51,077 nt of DNA from positions 1-51,077 of IMG/VR virus record IMGVR_UViG_3300020735_000013, one strand, 5' to 3'. The notes beneath the pieces are model-generated. The model was given only the letters and a program-made list of their open reading frames with translations. It had not been told where the DNA came from and did no database searches. This document shows positions 9,321-17,208 of this stretch, one piece after another (within the stretch, counting starts at the first letter, position 1; each line of letters opens with the position of its first letter). Source of the DNA: a virus. Lineage: Duplodnaviria; Caudoviricetes. Position numbers and translations under genes: made by a program.

Positions 9321-12218
9321 TTATTGTCCTTGTGGGGGTTGTGGTGCTGCTGCTTGTTGTTCTTGTTGTTGCTGCATTTGAGCCATTTGTTGCTGGTGTT
9401 GCTGGTCAGCTTGTTGTAGGCCTTGTTGGTGCTGCTGATCTGCCTGCTGCAGACTTTGTTGGTGCTGCTGGTCTTGCTGTGCTAATTGTTGTTGACCTTT
9501 TTGAGCTTCAATCTGGGCTTGAACTTGCTGTGACTGTTGATCAAATTGTTGTTGCTGCACTGCTAATCCATGTTGACGGATGTCTTGGCTGGCTGCCGCG
9601 ATTGCTTCCATGGCTGACTTATCTTGGTCTGCCTCTAGTTGAGCTTGGATACTATCCATCTGCGCGCCGGCTGTGATCATAGCCACACGTTCCTTAGCAG
9701 CGTTGTTGATGTTTGCCATGGCAATATCAGTAGCGTTGCGTTGGTTATCGATGCTAGTCTGTGTGCTGTACTTAGCTTGTAACTCTTGAACTTTTTGTTG
9801 TAGCTCTGCAATCTTGATCTGATAATTTTGCTGATCTTGTTGCATCTCGAGCTGCATCTTAGCCTGGGACTCTTGTGCTTTACGCTGAGTCTCAGCCATT
9901 TGAGTTTTGAGAATAACTTGAGCAGTTGGGTCAGACATCGCAGCAGACTGTTGTTGTTGCTGTTGTGCTTGTGCCACTTTCTGTGCCAAGGCTCCAATTT
10001 GCTGCACATACTGAGCCATGTTTGCTTTGGAGTCTTCGTCAACCATTTGTGAAGCCAAAGCCAGGGCTTGTTGCGCTTCAATGTCAAGTGGGTTTTCTTG
10101 ATGCAGGTTGAGCACATCTTTGCCACCGGAAGCCTGAGCAACATACGCACGCATGGACTGCAAGTAGTGCAGTGTCAGGTGCTGCTTGATGTGTTCTAGG
10201 GCGTGTGGTGCAAACACTGGACCAATTACTGGGTTACCACCGTACGCTGGGTTTTCTGCGTACTCTAAGTGAACCTTGATGTGAGCGATATGATCTTGGT
10301 CTGGGTACGCTGCAGCTGGTCGGCCCATAGTCATCGAGACGTTCTCGAGCGCAGGGTTAGACTCAGAAGCACCTAATGGGTTTGGTAACACTTCTTCCAC
10401 TGAAGGAATTTTTAACTGATGCAACACGCGGCGATAGACAGCACGGATGTCGAACATACCTGGAGGCGCAGATGTTGCCATCTGTAAAAGTGCCTGGTTC
10501 TGTGCTAAGCGCTGTGACTCAGAAAAAATGTTAGGGTCAGATACTGGGCGCACATCTGAGTTGTACGCAAAGTCGCGAACTTCAATCTCAGAGCCAGACT
10601 GATTGTCCATCTCGTCCAGGTACCAGTGGTTGATACGGGAGATGATGGCCAGGGACTTGGCTTGTGAACGGTGTAAGCGCGCATGAATGGAGGAGAATAC
10701 CTTGGCACCTTGCTCGATCAGAGCTTGGGTTGTGCCAACAGGCATGTTGTTGTTTGCTTCGCCGATCTTTTCTTCGGCAGTAGTTACCACACCTTTAGCG
10801 GCGTCAGTTAACCAGCCTAGCAAATTGAACAGAACGCTAGAAGGCTGATTGAACGGCATTGGCATTGCAATCTTGCGAACGTCGTCAACGCCAGGGGCGC
10901 CTTCAATTTCTACAACTTGGGTTGGCTCAATTCGGTCAGACTGTCCTCCAATTCGACCACCTTTGAGTTTAAGTAGCGTTTGGCTGTTGTTGATGTGAGC
11001 AGCGTCAAGTAAAGCACGCAGAGCGCCGGTAAGAGCAGCAGACAAGCCGCCGATAAGCTGAGGCAATCCAATAGCGTAAGCTCCGCGCCAAGGGATGAAT
11101 TTAAACTCGACAAACCAATCCAATTTTTCGAGCTTTTCATCGCCAGATTCCCAGTTGCGGTATAGTGCTAGTACTTTGCTTGTTGTCTCATCGATTGTGA
11201 GGATGTATGGAGCACGACGGCCTTGCGTTTCTGGATCATCATCCAGACGCATAAAGCACGTCACTTCGTAAATGCGGCGTAGACCATCAATGTTTTTAGA
11301 TGGCTCTGATTTGCCTTCAATCTTGTTGTTTGCTTTTTCAGACTGAGTTTGTTCTGTTAGCGGTGCGTCTGATGTGTACTCAGAGTCAATATCGATGTAG
11401 ATACCAGCTTCAACGCGCTGTAAGAATGTGTCTTCTGTAATGTCCTGAACTTCAGTTACACGCTGCGCGGTGTAAAAGTTTGTCGTGGAGTACGGCAATA
11501 GGATGTTGTCGATCGGGACCCACTCGCAAGTTGGTCTGGCTTGCTCAGCGTCATAGCGCCATTTTAAGAACTGAGAACCGCCAAGAGGGAGTTGGGTCAG
11601 CAACTGCTCCATCTCATCTCGGAACTCAGGTATTTGTTCTGTGAGCTGCCAGTTCATAAAGTCTACTTTACGATTGGCTGTCTCTTCTTTAATTCGGTCT
11701 GCTTGACCCTTGATGTTTGATTTAACAATTCCATCAGGTGGCAATAATTCTCTGGTTGACGATGCTGCGAAATCTACACAGCTTTCAGCCATTACTGGAT
11801 GAACAACCTTAGAAGCTCCATCAAAAGTAGCGCCGCCAGGGGCATCCTTACCAAGACCAGTGCGACGTAAACCCTCTTCATACTGTTTATCTCGTTGTTT
11901 GCGGGACTCACGATCAACGTCAATATAATCTAAATATTCTACCGCGAGAGATTGAAGTACGCCGTCATCAAATACCTCAGCTAAGTTCGCATAGAACTCA
12001 GGATTTTTCTGTGGGCTTTGTTTTTCTTGGAAGTTTACTACGACAGAGCCGTCATCTAACTCAATGACTTCTTGCTCTGCATCGTCCTCGTCTAGCCCGA
12101 GCTCGTCTTCAAATGCTTCCATCTCCGCGTCTTGATCTTTTGCGTCATGGATTTCTTCTTCACGGTCTAAGCCGGGAAGGTTACTGCCTGTTTGAATCGG
12201 TAGTCTTGGATTTGCCAT
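9321..12218 (-). CDS. Portal protein with Gln-rich C-terminal extension
   Basis: 965 aa, directly downstream of terL; HPVMAESCVDF and LPLGGSQFLKWRYD motifs; long helical barrel-like tail. Confidence 0.8.
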   Translation of the reverse strand: MANPRLPIQTGSNLPGLDREEEIHDAKDQDAEMEAFEDELGLDEDDAEQEVIELDDGSVVVNFQEKQSPQKNPEFYANLAEVFDDGVLQSLAVEYLDYIDVDRESRKQRDKQYEEGLRRTGLGKDAPGGATFDGASKVVHPVMAESCVDFAASSTRELLPPDGIVKSNIKGQADRIKEETANRKVDFMNWQLTEQIPEFRDEMEQLLTQLPLGGSQFLKWRYDAEQARPTCEWVPIDNILLPYSTTNFYTAQRVTEVQDITEDTFLQRVEAGIYIDIDSEYTSDAPLTEQTQSEKANNKIEGKSEPSKNIDGLRRIYEVTCFMRLDDDPETQGRRAPYILTIDETTSKVLALYRNWESGDEKLEKLDWFVEFKFIPWRGAYAIGLPQLIGGLSAALTGALRALLDAAHINNSQTLLKLKGGRIGGQSDRIEPTQVVEIEGAPGVDDVRKIAMPMPFNQPSSVLFNLLGWLTDAAKGVVTTAEEKIGEANNNMPVGTTQALIEQGAKVFSSIHARLHRSQAKSLAIISRINHWYLDEMDNQSGSEIEVRDFAYNSDVRPVSDPNIFSESQRLAQNQALLQMATSAPPGMFDIRAVYRRVLHQLKIPSVEEVLPNPLGASESNPALENVSMTMGRPAAAYPDQDHIAHIKVHLEYAENPAYGGNPVIGPVFAPHALEHIKQHLTLHYLQSMRAYVAQASGGKDVLNLHQENPLDIEAQQALALASQMVDEDSKANMAQYVQQIGALAQKVAQAQQQQQQSAAMSDPTAQVILKTQMAETQRKAQESQAKMQLEMQQDQQNYQIKIAELQQKVQELQAKYSTQTSIDNQRNATDIAMANINNAAKERVAMITAGAQMDSIQAQLEADQDKSAMEAIAAASQDIRQHGLAVQQQQFDQQSQQVQAQIEAQKGQQQLAQQDQQHQQSLQQADQQHQQGLQQADQQHQQQMAQMQQQQEQQAAAPQPPQGQ

Positions 12219-12298
12219 AGATTATTTATGTTTTTTTGCGCGGGGTTCTATTGGCCGGCAATGGGGAATAGGGTGGACATAATTGAGTCCTTATTTTA

Positions 12299-12328
12299 AC
12301 TAATACGCTAATTGAGTCTAATCCGCCC
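12299..12328 (-). promoter_or_regulatory. Phage late-type promoter upstream of portal
   Basis: Reverse complement: gggcg gattagactcaatta gcgtattagt. Confidence 0.7.
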
Positions 12329-13773
12329 TACATAGAATATGGATTTACGAACTTATTCCTTATTGCGTCATCAGAATAGTCATAGTCACGTGCGGGTAGG
12401 AAATCGAGCTGAATCCAGCCAGAATCACGCAAAACACGCAAGGCCTGGGATAGGGAGTCCACGTAGTCATCATGGCCACCGGCTTCTGGGAACGAACATA
12501 CCTGGCGCAAGAATCGCTTGGCCCATTCGGCAAAGTCGCCCTTAACCTTGGAGTCTTCTGGTATGAAGACCTTACCCTTGGCAACGAGGGGCGCCACAAT
12601 GTTTAATCGCTGTACCTTATCCGCGCGCCCGGGGTTGTAGCCACGTACGGGCACACCAGAGCCCTGGAGCTCTTGTATAAGGGATATACCAGCACTCTTG
12701 TCTTCCATGAGGATCAGGTCCGCTTTACGGCCCTTACCGAAGTCGTTATCGGCGCCGTACACGACCTCCTTAAAGTCATCGATGACCTTGCGGCGCAGCT
12801 GTGGGTAGGCTAAATGCTGGTCCCACGCATCCAATAGGATGATGGATGTACCAGCATCTTCTTGCTCGAACACACCCCAGACTGTGCATGCAGTCGGGTC
12901 GTTCATGGTCTTTTCGCTGGTCGCCGGGTCATACGAGGCGATTACGTATTCTAAGATTGGCGTCGGCCTGTTGGCCGGCCACATCTTGAACTGCTTGCGC
13001 TTGATGATACCAGACGCTTCTGGGTCAAGGATTTCTCCGTAGATCTCCTGTCTGCCGATGTCTGTGCCGTCGTAAGTCTCGAGCTGTTTGAAGAAGGTCT
13101 CTGAGAGGTTGGCTCGGTTGTCAAACGATGAGGCGTTGACCATGTAGACGTCGCCACCAATTTTTCCTTCGGCCAGGTCGACGATGAGTTCTTTTGGCTT
13201 TGGGGTGGTGGTGATGATTTGCTGGACTCTTGGGATCCTAGGATCCTTAAGTCGCAAAGTGAACTGGACACCATCGTATGCGTCGTCGAGATAATCGAAG
13301 GCGCACAGCTCGTCAAACCAGGCCCCGTGGTATTGTTTACCACGATATCGTTCTGGCTCGGAGGCGGGGATTCCCTGGATGATTGATCCGTTGGTGAGGG
13401 TAATCTCAAAGAGGGACTTGTTGTAATCGCGGATAAGTGAGGCGGGAATGATATTGAGAAGTCCGGAGTCTCCCTCAAAACAAGTTGCACGAATATCATT
13501 GGAGGTTGGGGCAGTAACGAGCCAGCGTGTGCCCTCGTACTTCCAAGCGCGAATACCAATCCAATGAGAGGCAGTATGAGTCTTACCAGATCCACGACCT
13601 GCCAGCATGAGGAACGTGTCATACTCGCCATCTTCGGGTTCTTTTTGGTGCGGGAGGGCCTGCAGGCTCCATTTGACCTGCCACATGACGGAATCGAGTT
13701 GTTGCTTGGGCCAGTGTTTGTGTGCATCGGCGAACTTCTTTAAAGTAAGTTCCTGCTTTGGTGTTAAAGACAT
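12328..13773 (-). CDS. terL: Terminase large subunit
   Basis: Walker A AGRGSGKT, Walker B AWFDE, TTTPK coupling motif, RNase H-like nuclease SYDPA..HDDYVDS. Confidence 0.95.
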   Translation of the reverse strand: MSLTPKQELTLKKFADAHKHWPKQQLDSVMWQVKWSLQALPHQKEPEDGEYDTFLMLAGRGSGKTHTASHWIGIRAWKYEGTRWLVTAPTSNDIRATCFEGDSGLLNIIPASLIRDYNKSLFEITLTNGSIIQGIPASEPERYRGKQYHGAWFDELCAFDYLDDAYDGVQFTLRLKDPRIPRVQQIITTTPKPKELIVDLAEGKIGGDVYMVNASSFDNRANLSETFFKQLETYDGTDIGRQEIYGEILDPEASGIIKRKQFKMWPANRPTPILEYVIASYDPATSEKTMNDPTACTVWGVFEQEDAGTSIILLDAWDQHLAYPQLRRKVIDDFKEVVYGADNDFGKGRKADLILMEDKSAGISLIQELQGSGVPVRGYNPGRADKVQRLNIVAPLVAKGKVFIPEDSKVKGDFAEWAKRFLRQVCSFPEAGGHDDYVDSLSQALRVLRDSGWIQLDFLPARDYDYSDDAIRNKFVNPYSM

Positions 13774-14756
13774 GAGATAAATCCTTCCCCGACTAAGAAG
13801 CTCTTATCAGCTCCTTCGGTTTCTATATGAACACACATCTGTGGTTCAATTTGTTTTACGTGCTCTATGTAGCGCCGGGCTTGGTGGACCTTGAGCTTAG
13901 GTGACTCTTGGTGCTCCATGAGTTTGAGGCGGCTTCTAAATGTCAGTGTGTACTCGTTAAAGTCTTCCCGGTACGCCATGTTGGTCTTAATGCCTAGTGA
14001 TTCCACAAGGCCCTGGATTTGGCGCATTAGCTGGGATACTTTTCCCGTAATACGAAATGTATCTGACTGTTTGTTATACTGGCTGCGCTTGGCGTACAAG
14101 ATACCAGAGAGCAGTTCAATACGCTGCTCGGGCGCGGCTAGTAGGTAGTTGTTTGGGATTCTGGTCGGCACGTTGGGGATGAGCTGTGACTCAACCGTCG
14201 GCTTGGTGCTATAGACCCGGATGTGGATCTTTTTGTCACGCCAGGATGTTAGCAAGTAGCCGCAGTCCTTGAGCTTTTGGGTGACGTACTCGGTGTGCGC
14301 CTTGGGGATCTTGATGTGGTTCTTGGGGTTCTTATTGATGAACCAAAAGCCAAACACAAACGGGTGGACTGGTAGGTCCTGGTGCGACAGGGCAATAGGC
14401 TGGGTCGATGGTACCGAGTACAGCAGTGAGTTGTTTTTTCCACGTAGCGGGGCGTCTACCAGGTCCTGCATGGTTAGTGGTCGCAGTGGGCGCCTGAACT
14501 TATGCACACCCTTGTAGGTCACCAACCTGTTTCGGTATTTGGGGTTTTCTGTGGGTAGCGCTAGGTGTTTGTCACCAGAAATTGTTAGGCCATCAGATAG
14601 GGTGACTCGGTAGCAATCTTGGGCATAGTACTCTTGGACCAAGGTGACTTTGGCTGGTTGGCCAAGTCGGTCAAATACGTAATCTCCTACCTCAATCTTG
14701 GAGGCAGGTTTCCAGTAGTTATGGGTTAGTACTTTTTCTGTTGCTAGTATCGCCAT
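13764..14756 (-). CDS. Free-standing intein-like protein (Hint termini plus LAGLIDADG-like endonuclease region)
   Basis: N-terminal AILATEKVLT..W..ASKIEVGDYVFDRLGQPAKV; central HPFVFGFW and EQRIELLSGILYA; C-terminal CVHIETEGADKSFLVGEGFISCL*. Confidence 0.75.
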   Translation of the reverse strand: MAILATEKVLTHNYWKPASKIEVGDYVFDRLGQPAKVTLVQEYYAQDCYRVTLSDGLTISGDKHLALPTENPKYRNRLVTYKGVHKFRRPLRPLTMQDLVDAPLRGKNNSLLYSVPSTQPIALSHQDLPVHPFVFGFWFINKNPKNHIKIPKAHTEYVTQKLKDCGYLLTSWRDKKIHIRVYSTKPTVESQLIPNVPTRIPNNYLLAAPEQRIELLSGILYAKRSQYNKQSDTFRITGKVSQLMRQIQGLVESLGIKTNMAYREDFNEYTLTFRSRLKLMEHQESPKLKVHQARRYIEHVKQIEPQMCVHIETEGADKSFLVGEGFISCL

Positions 14757-15027
14757 GGTAGTTTTCTCGGACCCATTGGTCCAGGTAGCGCCCTAACGGC
14801 GCCCGAATGTTGTTTTGAACGGAGTACGGCAGTTTGGCTATGTTTAAGACTGCCTTGGTGCAGGATAGTCTAAACTGCAGGTACTTGGCGGTTTCTTTGT
14901 CCAGAATATTAGACGAGACATCCACCGTGTCAAAGTTGTACAAATCACATACCAAGATTCGTAAGCCCTTAAACTCACCGGCCACATTTTCCAGCGCGCC
15001 TTGGATTTGGTAGATGTATTTGTCCAT
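14719..15027 (-). CDS. Hypothetical protein, probably leaderless from ATG 15027
   Basis: MDKYIYQIQG start lies 6 nt after a phage promoter core. Confidence 0.55.
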   Translation of the reverse strand: MDKYIYQIQGALENVAGEFKGLRILVCDLYNFDTVDVSSNILDKETAKYLQFRLSCTKAVLNIAKLPYSVQNNIRAPLGRYLDQWVRENYHGDTSNRKSTNP

Positions 15028-15033
15028 ACTTCC

Positions 15034-15063
15034 ACTAATACGCAACTGGGGTAAATAAGCCCC
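15034..15063 (-). promoter_or_regulatory. Phage promoter heading the packaging operon
   Basis: Reverse complement: ggggc ttatttaccccagtt gcgtattagt. Confidence 0.65.
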
Positions 15064-15097
15064 AAGGTTTTAAAATATAGCTCGACTCTGTCCCCTT

Positions 15098-15271
15098 TTG
15101 TCTGGGTTGTCTGGGTTGCGAGGCTTATTCCAGTCCCCCCATACCCCCCCCTTATTATTTTTAAAAAATTATTTTAAAAAAATTAAATAAAGGGTTACAA
15201 CCCAGACAACCCATGCAGGGCGGCTGTAAGTCATTGATTTTGTTCAACGCAAATGATAATGATTCTTATTT
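15098..15271. repeat. Origin-like element, copy 1 (inverted iterons, C-tracts, AT-rich core, IHF and Fur-like sites)
   Basis: Homologous to 21297-21467; 36 bp identical (15184-15219 = 21380-21415). Confidence 0.75.
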
Positions 15272-15898
15272 ACTTTTTAAAAAAAATTTTAGGAAATTGG
15301 TTTTGCACCAAAACGGTGCATTTTGTAAGAGCTTGGGGGTTATGGGGCCCCCGGCGGCGGGTCGGCGTACAGGACCCAAATAGGGGATGTGGTATATAAA
15401 CAACACCCCGTCAAGGAAAAGGAGGGCCAACGTGACAATTTGCCTATGTCAATAGGTATATACCCTATGTGTTGCGCCAATACAACACTGTGGTATACAA
15501 ACAACAAGGCAACATGACACGCGCCCAAGCGCAGGCGCAGATGAGAATGCGTCTCATTCGCATCTAGGCCAACGTTTCACATTGCGGCATTGCATCTCAC
15601 AATGTGGAATGCAGACTATGCACCAATGTGGTGCGTTGGTCAGTGCACCAATGTGGTGCATTGGCATACTGGCTATTAGGGTAAACACCTATTGACGGAT
15701 AGGAGGGGCAAGAAGGGGCCTAGGAGACGAGCTGATGTGAGATGAGGGGTAGGTATCATCTAGGTGGAGAAGTCTAGTGATTGATATACTGTGTGGGCTC
15801 ACAGGGCACGCGTGCGCGAGGTGGCTAATTGGAGGGTGGGCGAGTGTTGGCTATTAGTCACAGACCACGCAGTCCCACAATATCCCACATAACCCCAC
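15227..15898. promoter_or_regulatory. Cluster of host-regulator-like binding sites (IHF, Fur, NtrC x3, HexR-like x3, IclR-like x2, LexA, MraZ)
   Basis: Matches to WATCAA-N4-TTR, AATGAGAATNATTCTCATT-type boxes, TGCACC-N5-GGTGCA, CTGT-N8-ACAG and (CCCAC-N5)n; coordinates in findings. Confidence 0.6.
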
Positions 15899-15923
15899 AA
15901 TCTAGTCAAGTATTAAATAGGTG

Positions 15924-15952
15924 TTGACATTCATTTCAAAGGTCCGTATACT
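15924..15952 (+). promoter_or_regulatory. sigma70 early promoter
   Basis: TTGACA-17 nt-TATACT. Confidence 0.85.
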
Positions 15953-15959
15953 GTTTTAC

Positions 15960-16215
15960 ATCGGAAGTGCAGTGGCTAATCCACTCAGGTAGTAAGCAAG
16001 TAGCACGGGGCCCAGCCCCACACCATCGCCCTTGCCTCTGCTCCAGCTGACATCTGACTGTCGCCAGTGACTAAGTACCAGCTGGCTTACCAACGTGGCG
16101 ATCCCTAGATATGCAAAGGCAAAGACTAGGTGCTGGATAAGAGGCAGTGCTCGAGACCAGCCAGTTAATCACTGAGATAGTATGCACCAGCGTGCTATGC
16201 CAGCAGTTAACTCAC
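15960..16215 (+). ncRNA. Candidate structured early leader RNA
   Basis: No credible ORF; nested helices 16033-39/16140-46, 16042-47/16132-37, 16061-66/16096-101, 16104-08/16126-30, 16177-85/16190-98. Confidence 0.45.
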
Positions 16216-16237
16216 AACACCACACAGGAGTAATACC

Positions 16238-16492
16238 ATGACAACAACAGCAACCAAGGCCACAACCCTGACATTCAAACAGTTAATGACTATCCAGTCA
16301 GTACTGCAGGATGCACGCAGAGAGCAGGCCCATGCAACATACGCACACGATCAGGTAGTTAAGGCATCACTCAAGGGCAACCCTGAGCGCCTTGAGTACT
16401 TAGTGGACGTACAGCAGGCAAACTATGATCAGAAACAAAACCTAGACCACGCATTCTATGCAGTCGAAGAGATGATCAGAGAGTACCAGTAA
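16238..16492 (+). CDS. Early hypothetical protein
   Basis: RBS AGGAG; first ORF after the early promoter. Confidence 0.7.
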   Translation: MTTTATKATTLTFKQLMTIQSVLQDARREQAHATYAHDQVVKASLKGNPERLEYLVDVQQANYDQKQNLDHAFYAVEEMIREYQ

Positions 16493-16495
16493 TCA

Positions 16496-16547
16496 GGTCG
16501 AAACAGTCGTGAGACTGTCTGCACGTTATGCGTGCACTGATGAGACC
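16496..16547 (+). ncRNA. Type II hammerhead ribozyme 1
   Basis: ggtc GAAA cagtc gtga gactg TC^ tgcacg ttatg cgtgca CTGATGA gacc; complete core, three paired stems, GUC cleavage after 16519. Confidence 0.92.
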
Positions 16548-16566
16548 AAACACTAGGAGCTATACC

Positions 16567-16818
16567 ATGCCAAAATTTACAGTGGTTAAACTAATTGACC
16601 AAAACAAAGTAGTGCCAGCAAGACTATTGCCCGAGCAGTCAGGTGACTACCTCGAGTGGTCAGTGGATGATAAAGACACCCTCCAGTACAATACAAAGAC
16701 CAAGCAGTTTAGCTATGAAGAGTATGAATTCCAAGATGATGACTGGGAGCTAGTTAACACCCTTGGCCACGATGTCGCGTACAAAATTGCATTGAACGAG
16801 GGCATCATCTACGAATAA
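16567..16818 (+). CDS. Early hypothetical protein flanked by two hammerheads
   Basis: AGGAG RBS before ATG 16567 (MPKFTVVK...). Confidence 0.7.
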   Translation: MPKFTVVKLIDQNKVVPARLLPEQSGDYLEWSVDDKDTLQYNTKTKQFSYEEYEFQDDDWELVNTLGHDVAYKIALNEGIIYE

Positions 16819-16821
16819 GCA

Positions 16822-16872
16822 GGTCGAAACCACTTGACGTGGTCTATACTTTTCTAGTATACTGATGAGACC
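16822..16872 (+). ncRNA. Type II hammerhead ribozyme 2
   Basis: ggtc GAAA ccac ttgac gtgg TC^ tatact tttct agtata CTGATGA gacc; cleavage after 16844. Confidence 0.92.
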
Positions 16873-16889
16873 AAACAACAGGAGCATAT

Positions 16890-17204
16890 ATGTACACAAT
16901 CAATATCGGATTAGCAAACCCATTCACCGGCAAGTACAACACGACCGACCGCACCATCGCAATGGCCCTGCAGTTTATTGAGGGTATTGTAGACATTAAG
17001 GTATCAACAGCAGGCGATGAGCCTACTGTGATCATCCAGTACACGCACCACAGGGGCAGTATCGCAGTGTTGGCGACTGCATTAGATCAGGACTGCATCG
17101 CACGTTACGATCACCAGCTCCTACGTGGTGAGCTCATTGGTGACAAGGCAGAGGCATGGGGTGAGTTTAACCCTGAGTATTTTCAGACTTGTTTTGGAGG
17201 GTAA
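16890..17204 (+). CDS. Early hypothetical protein
   Basis: AGGAG RBS; DQDCIA..GELIG..WGEFNPEYF. Confidence 0.7.
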   Translation: MYTINIGLANPFTGKYNTTDRTIAMALQFIEGIVDIKVSTAGDEPTVIIQYTHHRGSIAVLATALDQDCIARYDHQLLRGELIGDKAEAWGEFNPEYFQTCFGG

Positions 17205-17208
17205 TATT

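Noticed and set aside
12951-13727. 258-aa alternative-frame ORF inside terL, and similar shadow ORFs in portal, RNR, DUF2800 and polymerase
   Set aside because: Ser/Pro/Arg-rich with no motifs or RBS; expected by-products of codon bias.
15661-15680. sigma54 promoter next to the tandem NtrC-like sites (TTGGCA...)
   Set aside because: No GC at the -12 position (GG-N10-GC not met), and too close to the sites for enhancer looping.
16834-16863. TTGACG-18-TATACT promoter-like sequence
   Set aside because: Fully explained by the stems and loop of hammerhead 2; spacing is suboptimal. Dual use cannot be excluded.
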